Source: Lytechinus pictus (Eukaryota). Taken from it: DNA of 64,000 bases. The position numbers and the translations under genes are program-made. The stretch lies in NCBI RefSeq assembly GCF_037042905.1, contig NW_026974140.1, positions 62,001 to 126,000 on the forward strand, written 5' to 3'. Below the pieces are notes generated by a model that did no database searches, had not been told where the DNA came from, and saw only the letters and a program-made list of their open reading frames with translations. Shown here one piece after another: positions 1 to 12,003 of this stretch (positions within the stretch are counted from its first letter, which is position 1; each line of letters begins with the position of its first letter).

Positions 1-7
1 AATACAG

Positions 8-252
8 CAGTGGCGTACCTAGGATTTTCCACAGGGGGGGCAAATTTGCCCGCCAAAAAATTTGACAAGCAAAAAAAAAAGAAAGAAAAGGTCCTCAATC
101 GAAAATAAAGGTTTTCGTACCAGAAAAAATATTGACATGTAAAAAAAAAAGGCCTTCAAGTTTGTCAGGGGGGGGGGGGGCAATAAAGGTCTTTCAAACT
201 CGTCGGGGGGGGGGGGGGCAGATTGCCCCCCCCCCCCGTAGGTACGCTAGTG
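8..252. mobile_element. short hAT-like MITE
   Basis: Imperfect TIRs CAGTGGCGTACCTA ... TAGGTACGCTAGTG with G/C homopolymer runs inside; TSD not resolved. Confidence 0.5.
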
Positions 253-617
253 CACTGCATCCAATATAACTGGTAAGCACATATTTAACAGACAACAAAA
301 AAAAAAAAACCTACTTTCCACAATTCAAATCCAACAAATTAATATTTTGAAACAAAATAATTATCCTTCAAAGCAATTGGGCATATACATGTAAGTAGTT
401 TGCACTAATAAGTAAAACATCAATGCATATAGCTCCCGGGCATAACAATATGCAACTTTCACATCTTTGGCATCGACATTGCATGTGTTGACAAAGCTAA
501 TTGTTTGATATTTAGTTCATTCAGCAGGATTGGCTGATTTAAATCACGTTGATTTTAATCGCGATTTAAATCGCAATTTAAATCACTGTGATCATTTTTT
601 TCAAATCATTGATTTAA

Positions 618-1365
618 AGGTCATATCCACCCCAGAAAAAAAGAGTTTAATTGAATAAACATATTTAAAAAAAAACAAGAATAACGCTGGAAACTACATC
701 AAAATCGGATGTAAAATAGTTTATGATAACATTTTAAAGTTTCGCTTATTTTTCACAAAACAGATGGGTGTTTTATAAAGCTGTTCGTATTCGACTTTAA
801 GAACGATTGGTGATCCTTTCTTGTGGTAAATTGTATACACATTGGCGATGGTTTATCGCGTAAGAAGTGTTCACCAGTCGTTCTTTAAGTCGCTCTTAAC
901 TTGTGAACAGCTTTATGAAACGGCCCCCAGTTATAATGACAATTCAGTGATATGAAAATTAGAGAGTCGATGATGTCACTCACTCACTATTGCTTTTGCA
1001 TTTTTACTGTTTGAATTATACAACATTTCAATTTTTACGAATTTAACAAATAGGACCCTCTTGTTTGAACTACAAAATGTTGAAACAATGTAATCCCACA
1101 TGGTCAGGGAGGAATGATTTTTTTCATCAAAATATTTCATATTTCACATAATAAAATACAAAAAAAAATGAGTGATGTCATCGCCCTAATTTGCATACCG
1201 ACAAGGATTTGCATATAACCACGGTTTTGTGAAATTAAGCAAAATTTTTAAACGTCATTACTTTCTTCTTTTAGATCGGATTTTGATGAAATTTTTAGCG
1301 TTATGCTTGTCTCATTTTCTCTTACTATTCAAAGCAGCTTTTTGTTGGGGTGCATGACTTTTACT
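618..1365. mobile_element. Kolobok-like non-autonomous DNA transposon (TTAA-flanked), copy 1
   Basis: TTAA at 614-617 and 1366-1369; starts AGGTCATATCCACCCC; interior similar to 2273-2869 and 55500-56096. Confidence 0.6.
764..927. mobile_element. PIF/Harbinger-like MITE nested in the Kolobok-like copy
   Basis: Inverted ends GGGTGTTTTATAAAGCTGTTC ... GAACAGCTTTATGAAACGGCCCC; 3-bp CAG duplication at 761-763 and 928-930. Confidence 0.55.
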
Positions 1366-2272
1366 TTAAATCACTTCCATTGAAACATGTACAAATTATT
1401 TGGGATTTTTTTATTGTTTGTGGCAGTTTTACTTTTTAAATTCAAAAGATTTTACCAACTTTATATCATGAGAACAGGAATAAATCCTTCATATCTACTC
1501 AGAACAATCGAAATCAAATCAATGAAATCAAGTCAATCTTGCAAAACCAATAATGAACATGTAGCCTACATTATATGCGACCCCTACTCAACTTGTATGT
1601 ATGAGTAGACTTTGTTAATAGTAAAACAAAGATCTTGTTTCTTTATGCCAAATTTCAAAAGTGTTTTAGAGGGCAGTTTTCAAGAAAGTAAAGGAACTCT
1701 GAACTTATTAGGCTGAATCTCAACATGATAGATTTTTGCCAGGATGGGTTATAACCATGGATCCTATACTAGAAAAAGCCTGTTCAGACATTCTGAGTAG
1801 GATTGTGCTTCATTCAGCCAGTTCACTGAAAAAGGTTCAGTAATTAAGTACATGTACATTTATTTTAAAATATGTATGAATGTTCTTGGCAAAGGGCACT
1901 AACATGACTAAATCATAACAACTATACATTTTAGTGCCCTTTGCCAAAAGGATTTATGTTTGTATATTTTTAAGTGAATATTTTGAATTGAGTACAATAA
2001 AAGTAAAAATCGGCAACGTCCCTGCTTACCCTATACACCGATAGTTTAACATTTCTATTCCTTTACATGTTCCTGTATTCATATAAATAGGCCGACACAG
2101 TAGTATAAGGGAACCCGTTTTCTTATTTTAGCAAAACTGCTGCCAAAATACTAGTTTTCCAGTTTATTGTAAAAGAAATCATTTAAATCAACTTGCAAGT
2201 TTGTCAAAACTTTGCAAGCCAATGCTTTGAAACAGTCAAATAGTTCCAACTATGGCTCAAAGAAGAACTTAA

Positions 2273-2869
2273 AGGAATTGTCCAGGCTGTAGAAATTAAT
2301 ATACATGTATCAATAAATAAAGTAAAATTCACAGAGTAAAATACTGAAATTTTATCAAAATCGGATAACAAATTACAAAGTTATTTTTTTTTAAAGATTT
2401 CTTTTCGATTATTCCGGTAAAACATTTATAGGCATGTCTTCATGAATATCCGTTAGTTGGGCTTATGATGGCATATCTCCACTTGTTCTTTTGATTATGA
2501 TTATGTGAAATTAGGTTTATTAAAAAGGAATTTACCAAGAACTAAAAACAATTGAATTGGCAACTAATTAAGTACATTAGTTATTTATTGCCGCAACTTA
2601 TCTCATCATAATGGAGACACATTATTTACACATGTATGAAAAAAATGAAACAATTATGATTTCATGTTATAAGAAAAAGGAAAGAGGGGATGTGACATCA
2701 TCAACCCACCAAATGAACATTCATGACGATGTAAATATAACTGTTTTCAAAAAATACTGATAAACTTTAAAATACAATAACTTTGCTATTTGTCATCCAA
2801 TTTTGGTGAAATTTTCATCATTTTACTCTATTTATTTAGATCTGTATATTTTCAGTCCGGTCCATTCCT
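2273..2869. mobile_element. Kolobok-like non-autonomous DNA transposon, copy 2
   Basis: TTAA|AGGAAT ... ATTCCT|TTAA; shared internal motifs (AAATCGGAT, CATGAATAT, TGACATCATC). Confidence 0.6.
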
Positions 2870-3924
2870 TTAAGGTTGATACAAACAAAAATAAATGCAG
2901 TCGGTCAAAGCTTTGAAAGCCAATGCTTTGAAACAGTCGTTCCAACTGTGGCTCAAAGAACAACTTGGGGTTGAAACAAACAAAAGATAAATGCAGTTTT
3001 TTTTTTACATGTATGATCTTCAAACCTTGACCTGAAAATAAAATTTAAAAAATATATCTCCCTGGAGAACTCGAATCTCTGAGTCATGGAATTCTTCCAA
3101 ATAAACTGATCCTCATTAAAAAACAAGAGCTTTGAAAATGAGCACCAACTTTGCATGTTTGCATCATTAGCTGTACCAAGACAGTTCCTTTGAACCAATA
3201 AGTAGAAGCTCTCTACAATATACTTTAGACACAGCAGAAAATGTCAGCTTCTTTATGGCTTTAATATTTTCTATAAATTATATTTTTACTGGATTTGATT
3301 ATGAAATAGTTAAGAATAATTTTGGTGGTGAAATGCATAATTCTAAAATTGATGTCAGTGTGAAGGGTTATATTCTGGGTGTTTGCACATTGTTAAAAAA
3401 AAAATGTTAGAAACAATCAGATTGAAATTTAAAAAAATCTGATTTAAATCAAATAGATCCGATTTAGGTTTATATAAAAAAATTGCTAACATTTTCATTC
3501 AGCATACTTTTGAGTTTGAAAGTACCTGACTATCACATACATTATGGCTGGCATGAACACTTTTAATACAAAGGTGAACGAATGCTGCTGGGCATGACAA
3601 CTTACACGAGGCTAATTAAGCCTAATTGATATCAAACTGAGCTAACATAACAGTAAAACAGGTTGAATACAGTAGCATGGAGAAGTGACTACAAATACAA
3701 GGTCCAATCAAGAAACTATGGTTAGAAGTTAATTCCAAACAGGAACAAAATAAAACATAGCTATCCTGTTTGATTAAAAGTATGATAGTTTACAAACTTA
3801 CAATCGTGAAATTTAAGATTGTCATTTTGTAAACTATCATATTTAATATTTAAGTTCTGAATTTTATGAGAATGGTGTTTTTGAGTTTGATAATATTTTG
3901 GGTTTTAAGTACCATATGATAAAT

Positions 3925-4400
3925 GTTTTAAGGAATACTGGTTTAATTTACAAACTTAAGCTTAGTTTGCTTCATAAAAATCTGATAACTTTATACCATT
4001 CCATGATTTTCTCTTATTTAAAATATTGCAATACCAATGTAACCTCATATGAATTGGACTCAATATTCAAAAGAAATGTTTAAGAATAATTACCTATTCT
4101 AATAGCACCATCCGCACCTTTATTTAATAAGCGAGAACTCACAATATTTATCTATAAGTTCAAGAAGAGGTAGTTACCCATGTAGTTTTCAGATCTTTTT
4201 CAATGCAATAATCAAGTTCATAACCATAATACCCGTTCTTTCAATAAATTTCATTTATGGTCTATTAGGTCTATAGTCACGAAGCTGAGTTATGTAGGTC
4301 CCAAACAATGGAATGAGATTCCCCAAATAATAACTAATTCACAATTTATATATTCCTTTAGAAAACAGTATTCAAATTTTCTAGTAAATTATTGTTAATT
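3925..4400 (+). mobile_element. degenerate 3' fragment of a CR1/L2-type LINE ORF2
   Basis: Remnant peptides NTGLIYKLK...LITLYHSMIFSYLKYC and HNHNTR...GPKQWNEIP, typical of the CR1/L2 RT C-terminus. Confidence 0.55.
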
Positions 4401-5144
4401 CTCACACATGATATCAATGCATACTTGTAACATATCTACCCCCTCAACTCGTGTTTTTTTCTCCTTTTTATATACACTATTAACTATGAGATTCTGTTTT
4501 GTATTAATGTTGTTTAGTTTGTACTATGTTTTGGCGAGCCTCACATGTTTCTTATTACCTTCATGGGAAGCCACGCAATTTATTTTTATTATCTAATCAC
4601 ATTATTTGATGTTTCCTTGTATTTCTATCCTATTTGCGAAATAAAGATTGAATTGAATTGAATATATATATATAGAGCTATGATAAAACCATCCACTATA
4701 CCATGAATACACAATTGGTTTGGGCCATGGAGCAAGGTTTTGGCCATACATGCAGCTGCTCAGTGGAATGTCATATGTAAACACTGTCTGATGGCCTGAG
4801 CGAGGGTATTACATAATAACCCTGCTCATGGCTCTGTGGTTGAAGTAGGGGATTATCTATACTCCTCAGTGGTCATAAAATTTGATTTACAGACAGATGA
4901 AGTTATCCAATGAAAGCTCTCTGAAATTCTGGGTGGGTGGGACTTATTTTGACCGTGGGAACAAGATTTCCAAAGAAGAAGCAGACTCTGAAATGGCTCG
5001 CTTCGCTCGCCCTTTCAGGCTGGTTTGCTTCGCAAACCAGCTGCAGATCCCACTTCACGAGCCATTCAGAGTCTGCATAGCAGACTAGTGTACCATAGGC
5101 CCTACGTACCGTTATGATTATTTTGTTTTATTATGATTAATCTT

Positions 5145-5513
5145 CAGAGGCAGATCTAGGATTTTCCAAAGGGGGGGGGGGCACATTTTCCCGAGGAAAA
5201 TTTGAAAATTTGACAAGCAAAAATAAAATGGTTATAACGATAGATTTTTACATAAGAAATATTGATTGTGTCTCTTAAGGGGGGGGGGGGGGCAGGGGGC
5301 ACAGCCAGCCCGTGCTGCATGGATCCGTCAATTTTCAGGACACAATACACGATTTCCGAAAATTTTACCTCGCGCTCGCATTTTTATAGGGCTTATGAGT
5401 AACTGTTACGACTATATAGATACACAAAAATTAGCTTTGAGCTGCCGATCGATCGGGGAAAATATTTTTCAACCCCCCTCCCTCTTTATTAGTGAAAGCT
5501 GGATCCGCCCCTG
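5145..5513. mobile_element. hAT-like MITE
   Basis: CAGAGGCAGATCTAG ... CTGGATCCGCCCCTG imperfect TIRs. Confidence 0.45.
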
Positions 5514-6439
5514 GATATTGTAAAAGGAACACTAGGCCACGCGGTATTTGTCCAATTTAATTGATAAATACGTTGAGGCAGTATATTGACGAATTCAGTG
5601 GTGGAGAGAAAACATATTATAGGCCTATAGGACACACAAAGCAAATAACGAAATTGGCGGCTAAGCTAGTTCAATACAAAATGATTTCTAATTTTTCCTT
5701 TAAAAAAATGTAGCATAGCCCTATTATTTAAACAATAAATAAATTACAACGTATATTACTACACGTGATAATAATAAACAAATCAAAATACAGAACCTGA
5801 AGAAAATGATAACAATTCAGTGAATCGGAAAACAAAACAAAAATACATATGTATATATGATAAAGAATAGAAATAAAAAACTAGAAAAAATATAATGAAT
5901 AAGAATATAGCCCTTTCTCTCCCTTTCACAAGCACCCTTCTCCCTCCCTCCCTCCATACCCTGGAGAAATAGAGAAACAATACAGATCAACGAAGCAAAG
6001 ATGAAAGCAAGGAAAAAGCCGTCAGACTTTGTTTTCAATGTACACGCTTTCTACGAAATGCAATAGAAACCCGGGAAGAAACCCGTGCATTCACGGTGTA
6101 CAGACTCCGTACCCGCCCATGCGTCCGTACCGTGCATCGGCACTTGAGACTCGCGCAGAGGCGAGAGCTAGATATATGAATATTCATGAACAGGTATTTA
6201 TGTCATTTGGTCTCAAAGTGGCGCTCTTCATTTGTTATGTTAGTTCTAAAAATAAATCCAAACAATCTCACTCGGCAAATCTTCTCATCTTTATATATTT
6301 TTTTGAGAATAAAAACAGTTCTTTCTGGCCAATGCAAAACATTGTATGGACTCAGAACTTGTTTATGAATATTGTGGAAAGCAAAGAGCGAAATTTAAAA
6401 GAAAATTTTTAAATACACCAATGACACAATTTACCTTCA

Positions 6440-7310
6440 ATTCCACCAGTTATAATTAACTAGGTCTGGAAAAAAGGCTAAGCTCGATTCTCATTTTCAT
6501 CGCACTGGAATTTTGTTATTGTATCTTAGTTTGGACTTATTTTATTATTTTTTAAACATCCGGGTCTGGAAAAAAGACATAGGACTTTTGTGCTATATAT
6601 ACGCATTACTATAGGGTTTTAGTTTTTAGTTACCGGGTCTGGTGAAAAGACTATGCTTGATTCTTAATTAACTCTTAGCGCATAATATATTCACAATACG
6701 CGCCGTATAAGTTAAAAAAAAAACAAAGACATTAATTCCACCAGTTTCAATTAACCAGGTCTGGAAAAAATGATTAAGCTCGATTCTCATTTTTATTCCA
6801 CTGGAATATTGTTATCGTATCTTAGTTCGGACTTATATTATAATTTTTGAAATAACCGGGTCTGGAAAAAAGACTTTGGACTTATATTATAATTTTTTAA
6901 TTAACCGGGTCTGGAAAAAAGGCTGGACTTTTGTGCTATATAAAAACATTACTATAGGGTTTTATTTTTTAGTTACCGGGTCTGGTAAAAAGACTATGCT
7001 TGATTCTTAATTAACTCTTAGCGCATATATTCACAATACGCGCCGTATAAGTTAAAAAAAAAAAAAGACATTAATTCCACCAGTTTCAATTAACCAGGTC
7101 TGGAAAAAAGATTAAGCTCGATTCTCATTTTTATTCCACTGGAATATTGTTATCGTATCTTAGTTCGGACTTATATTACAATTTTTGAAATAACCGGATA
7201 TGGAAAAAAGACTTTGGACTTATATTATAATTTTTTTATTAACCGGGTCTGGAAATAAAACTTTGCACTTTTGTGCAATATAAACGTATTACTATAGGAT
7301 TTTAGTTTTG
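6440..7310. repeat. tandem repeat with ~300-340-bp higher-order units built from CCGGGTCTGGAAAAAAG sub-repeats
   Basis: Units starting ATTCCACCAGTT at about 6440, 6735 and 7074. Confidence 0.8.
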
Positions 7311-7337
7311 AACGGATTCGCCTAAAATTCCTTCAAA

Positions 7338-7559
7338 TTTATTACATTTGTGGGTAAAGTCATTATTGTATTTGTGGGCGATCAAAACTTATTATATTTG
7401 TGGGTAAAGTGCATTATTACATTTGTGGGTGAAATTATTACATTTTCTTGGTAAAGTGTTATTACCTTTGTGGGCATTATTACATTTGTGGGTAAAGTGT
7501 TATTACATTTGTGAGCGTTGTTACATTTGTGGGCGATTATTACATTTGTAGGTGTAACA
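7338..7559. repeat. TTATTACATTTGTGGG minisatellite ending ...GTAGGTGTAACA, probably one end of a TGT-terminated DNA transposon
   Basis: About 10 copies of the motif; no partner end found in the window. Confidence 0.6.
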
Positions 7560-8416
7560 CCCCTCCCCCTGCTATGTCCGGATTCACGCCAGTAGTTTTA
7601 CCTGATGAAACTAGCCGTCATTCAGTGGGGGTATAACAGCAAAATCATTCGAACCTCCATTAGCCGTCAAGACAAAAATAGGCACATGTATTTTTTGTTC
7701 ACCGATGTATACATTAACTTTTGTTAAATAAAAATTGTCAAATTTTAGCTCTTGCATTGTTATCACACACCCAACACATCCAAACACACAAACCCTGCTC
7801 AGATTGGATTTGCGCAGCTACACGGAATTTACCTGAACGAGAAGTCGTAGGTTAAGATAGCAATTGTTACGATAATACAACCTAAATACTAAATACGAGA
7901 ATACAACCAGCTAAAAAACTGATCAGAATGAATGCACTTTTTAAAAAGCGACGATCAAAGACTGAACGGTATTTGCATTCGACATTTGTATAAGTGGCAG
8001 TAGAGATGTTTATTTCCTTTTAGAGGCAGAAAACACTTAACTTTCAAAATTCTTGGAGGACCTTTTTGGCTTAAAGGATAAACAAATGATATCGTTGTAG
8101 AGAAATGCACTTTCATATGGATAATATGTGTACCCACTGTTTCTTTTTCAGAAGAAAGATGTCCAGGACATTCAAAAAGCAGGTTTGCAAAATATTATTT
8201 TCTTCTTTTACTGTAGAACCCCTACATGGCACGCTACTTACCATGCATTTGTTTAATATGACAGGTGATACGTATGTGTACTATCAGCAAAACAATTTTC
8301 CTTTTAAATATTACTTTACTTAATACAGTCTTATTAGATCAGCATCAATATATAAAATTGACAACATGCGCAACTCCTTTCATTCACATTTTTTTGGAAA
8401 AAAAATACTTCGTTGT

Positions 8417-8787
8417 TGAAATAGACGGGGAACAAAATAACGATACAGATCAGAAAGTTATTTTGATATTCACTTTATTCAGCTTTTAACTCCAATATAG
8501 TCTTCAGACTTTACAAGAACAGAGTTCACATACAACTACATGTACAAGAGCATGAAGAGTCAACTGCCAGGTTACTTAGCATGGTACATGTTGTCTACTT
8601 TCCCAATACATACATGTATCAATGGTCCTGTTCAGGACACGCCTCATATAAACCAAACCAAGAATGTTTCTATTCATAAGCACCTTGCCTGGTGCAGGCA
8701 TACAATACAGGCATACAATACAATTGACTTCAGGCTCTACATGTATGCCCAAGAGTTATGCCTGCACCTGTTATTCATATCACTACA
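8417..8787 (-). repeat. 3' LTR
   Basis: Direct repeat of 11633-12003 with about 7 mismatches; minus strand begins TGTAGTG and has AATAAA near its 3' end. Confidence 0.9.
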
Positions 8788-8802
8788 ATTCTCCCCTACT
8801 TT
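8788..8802 (-). promoter_or_regulatory. polypurine tract (PPT)
   Basis: Minus strand AAAGTAGGGGAGAAT immediately precedes the TG of the 3' LTR. Confidence 0.85.
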
Positions 8803-9379
8803 ATAATAATCTCCTCCTGGAGATTACAACAAATATGATTCATAATAATCTACAATATTTAACACATGTGCTTTCAATATTGTAGCATGGTTTGATTATT
8901 TTTCACAGGTATCATGACCTCTCTTTGTTGTAAAATTTGAGAAGTAATCTATTCATCTATAAAAGTTTGGAATAGTGATTAACATACATATATGACAAGC
9001 CGTTGCCAGTTAAAAACCAGTTAACTGAGTGACATTTTTTTTTTGTTCTTACTATTTTTTTTTTTACTTCACAAAACTTCAACTTCAAATACATAGACAC
9101 TGCTTCTTATCCTATAACTTCAAAATGGAATAATGGTGAAGTCCAACAACAAATAAAGTTGATCAATAAATGTCAGGATTTTTTTTTTTTTTTTTTGACA
9201 ATTACAAATTGATTTGCATTTTTTTTATGTATACTGGTACATGGTTGCATGGGACTTAAGTCACCATTTTCACATTCTACATATATTTCCAATCAAACAT
9301 TTACGAAAAACAATCAAATAAATTACCTATCTCAAAACAATTGAAATGCACGTAAAGTTTTGTATGTCTTTAGCAAATT

Positions 9380-9916
9380 TCAAATGCTAGACTTTGGAAG
9401 TCGAAATGGATTATGATGTTTACCCCGTGTGACTCGTGTACTTCTATGGAGCACAGGGGCGACAGGCGACTGAATTACAGACATGGGAGTAGTGAAAGGA
9501 ATCTCCCCTACATTGTAAACACTTGGCTCTTCAATCCCTTGTTTACACCCCCTAATCAACACTTCATCCGTGTCTGACTCTGAATCATCTGATTGATCAA
9601 AGTGTTGGTGACAATGGGTCTCCCCTACTTTTTGTTTGTTAACATGGGCCTTAGAATTATGTCCATCTGACATCATTACCTCCTCAGAACCAACATCACC
9701 ATGTTTATCATCATATTGCATTGCTGGGGATATTCTCAGCAGTCGTCGGTGTACCACCTTTTCATTTCCTCCTCTGACAGACCTGATAGCATAAACATCT
9801 TCTTCTCTATTATGCCATAAGACAACATACTGATCCCTCTCATACACATCTTTGATTTTGTGTCTACCAGGGAAAGCACATTTTTTCAAAAGTACTTGGG
9901 TACCAATAGGAATGCC
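9380..9916 (-). pseudogene. pol: C-terminal tail of Gypsy Pol (post-integrase region)
   Basis: IPIGTQVLLKKCAFPGRHKIKDVYE...YVV...VYAIR...KVVHRRLL and a terminal HRSTRVTRGKH-NP motif, typical of Gypsy integrase C-termini. Confidence 0.8.
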
Positions 9917-9956
9917 AAAAAAAAATAGTTTTGAATACTTTAATCCAGTGATCAAG

Positions 9957-10970
9957 ATGGCTGAAAGTTCTGATGAGTTAGTTGACAAATTGATAACAGG
10001 TATTACTAATGCCTTAAATGTGCAAGGAGGTAGAGTGACACATCTGCGTGCCCCCAAATTACCACGATTTTCAGGTAAAACTTCTGTGGGAGATTTAACA
10101 TTATCGCAATGGTTGGAAGAAGTGGATATTTTTTGTGATCAATGTGAGATTCCCATAACACAGAAAGTCCAAGTTATTTTGAATCATTTAGATGGGGCTG
10201 CACGCCAGGAAATCAGATGTCACTCTGTCTCTTCAGATGATCTAGATACTTTGCTTTCTTTGTTAACACGTCATTTTGGATCTAAAGATACTACTCAAAC
10301 CCTCAAGAAGAGATTTCATGAAAGAGTTCAGAAGGAGGGGGAGTCTTTGGATGAGTTTTCAAGGGCTTTAATGTGCATGTATGATGATATCATAGATGTA
10401 GCACCAGATAGGGAAAAGGAGGCACACAAAGGCCTTAGAGATTCTGCCCTTATTGACAAGTTTGTAGCTGGTGCACGTAGCAATAGCATACGCCTAGAGT
10501 TACGGCGTATCCGATTGGCTAATCCTGATAAAACATTTTTAGAGATCAGAGATTATGCCTCAGATTTGTTGGAAAGCTTTGACACAAAGGTAGAGGGTAC
10601 GTCCAATAAACATGGATTTGTATATGAGGTGTCAGTTGATGATTGTCCTGAAGGGATAGCTAGTACTAGTAACATGCACACGGATAGTAGTTTGATTCAT
10701 CATTTGGTACAACAACAAGCTGCATTAGAAAAATGTGTATTGCAGCAGCAAACTATTATGGAGCGTCAGCAAGAACAATTATCAGAGTTATTGGCTAGGA
10801 AGACCCCAGCAGCTCCAAAGTATACAAGACAGAAACGTAATCGAAGTTGTTTCTACTGTGGTAGACCTGGTCATATCCAGGCACAGTGTTGGGAGTTACA
10901 AAAACAATCACAGAATAGGAATTATGAGTATCAGAATTCAGGTGATTTAAACGCCAAACCCCCTCTCTAG
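9957..10970 (+). CDS. gag: Gypsy Gag (337 aa), capsid-like region plus CCHC zinc knuckle
   Basis: Open ORF from ATG 9957; LPRFSG...WLEEV, L.G.A, QKEGESLDEF motifs; CFYCGRPGHIQAQC knuckle. Confidence 0.88.
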   Translation: MAESSDELVDKLITGITNALNVQGGRVTHLRAPKLPRFSGKTSVGDLTLSQWLEEVDIFCDQCEIPITQKVQVILNHLDGAARQEIRCHSVSSDDLDTLLSLLTRHFGSKDTTQTLKKRFHERVQKEGESLDEFSRALMCMYDDIIDVAPDREKEAHKGLRDSALIDKFVAGARSNSIRLELRRIRLANPDKTFLEIRDYASDLLESFDTKVEGTSNKHGFVYEVSVDDCPEGIASTSNMHTDSSLIHHLVQQQAALEKCVLQQQTIMERQQEQLSELLARKTPAAPKYTRQKRNRSCFYCGRPGHIQAQCWELQKQSQNRNYEYQNSGDLNAKPPL

Positions 10971-11010
10971 CACGGGACCGAAATGTTGAGGGGGAAACTC
11001 AGTCGGTCCC
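10946..11010 (+). promoter_or_regulatory. -1 ribosomal frameshift signal (slippery site plus H-type pseudoknot)
   Basis: T_TTA_AAC in gag phase; 6-nt spacer; CCCCCTC/GAGGGGG and GGGACCGA/TCGGTCCC stems; -1 frame open into the protease. Confidence 0.8.
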
Positions 11011-11620
11011 TGTAGGTGATGTCCATGTTCCTAGCACTCAACTGACACCTGATGAGATATTAGATAAGTTAGTTAAACAGAGCCCCAAAGCAGTTGTTGA
11101 TTTGGCTGGTGTTTCAGTTCAGTGTACATTAGATACTGGGGCAGAAACTTCTCTGATTAGTTCATCATTTTATCATGAGCATTTGGCTGACAAATTAAGT
11201 AATACAAAACTAGGGAAAGTATGTGTACAAGTTGTAGGTGCAAATCACATACAAATCCCAATTGAAGGATATGTGGAAAATCCTCTTTCTGTAAATGACC
11301 ATACATTGGGTGCCCACTTCTTAATTGTTGATGACTCTGCGCATGGGAAGGCTATTATTGACAGTAAACAAAGTCATGTTACTAGGATGTAATGTATTGT
11401 ATGATTTGAAAGACCATGTAAATGATTTGAATGGGTCAGATGCTGAGGCCTGGAATATTGTAATGAAGTGGTTAGATCTTACTAAGCCTGTTCATTCAAA
11501 TGACAAGAGACAAAGAGAATGTAAACCAAGTCGTGCTGTAAATGGTAGAACTGGTAGAAAACCTGTAGTCATACATTCTAGACAAGTGCAGACTGTAGTG
11601 TGTCAATTGAGAACCCCATC
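10946..11620 (+). pseudogene. pol: Pol N-terminus: aspartic protease, with a frameshift near 11375 and truncated
   Basis: CTLDTGAETSLI active site; LLGCNVL in a shifted frame; no RT or RNase H follows. Confidence 0.85.
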
Positions 11621-11630
11621 CGTACTACCA
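11616..11630 (-). promoter_or_regulatory. primer-binding site (initiator tRNA-Met-like, possibly chimeric at the inversion junction)
   Basis: Minus strand TGGTAGTACGGATGG, 2 nt after the CA of the 5' LTR. Confidence 0.6.
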
Positions 11631-11632
11631 GT

Positions 11633-12003
11633 TGAGATAGACGGGGAACAAAATAACGATACAGATCAGGAAGTTATTTTGATATTCACTTTATTCAGCT
11701 TTTAACTCCAATATAGTCTTCAGACTTTACAAGAACCGAGTTCACATACAACTACATGTACAAGAGCATGAAGAGTCAACTGCCAGGTTACTTAGCATGG
11801 TACATGTTGTCTACTCTCTCAATACATACATGTATCAATGGTCCTGTTCAGGACACGCCTCATATAAACCAAACCAAGAATGTTTCTATTCATAAGCACC
11901 TTGCCTGGTGCAGGCATACAATACAGGCATACAGTACAATTGACTTCAGGCTCTACATGTATGCCAAAGAGTTATGCCTGCACCTGTTATTCATATCACT
12001 ACA
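11633..12003 (-). repeat. 5' LTR
   Basis: 371-bp direct repeat of 8417-8787. Confidence 0.9.

Larger units (their letters stand above)
8417..12003 (-). mobile_element. Gypsy-type LTR retrotransposon, internally deleted and partly inverted
   Basis: Two 371-bp LTRs (TG...CA), PBS and PPT on the minus strand; near 4-bp TSD TTGT (8413-8416) / TTAT (12004-12007); gag, protease and integrase-tail remnants inside. Confidence 0.9.

Noticed and set aside
3120..3250. Possible hAT dimerisation-domain remnant on the minus strand (LVQRNCLGT...AKLVLIFKAL)
   Set aside because: Short, frameshifted and too weak without a profile search
8265..8885. Short ORFs repeated at 11756-12034
   Set aside because: Incidental ORFs on the antisense strand of the LTRs
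9380..10057. 225-aa antisense ORF as a novel gene overlapping gag
   Set aside because: It is a chimera: antisense gag sequence reading into the integrase tail across the inversion junction
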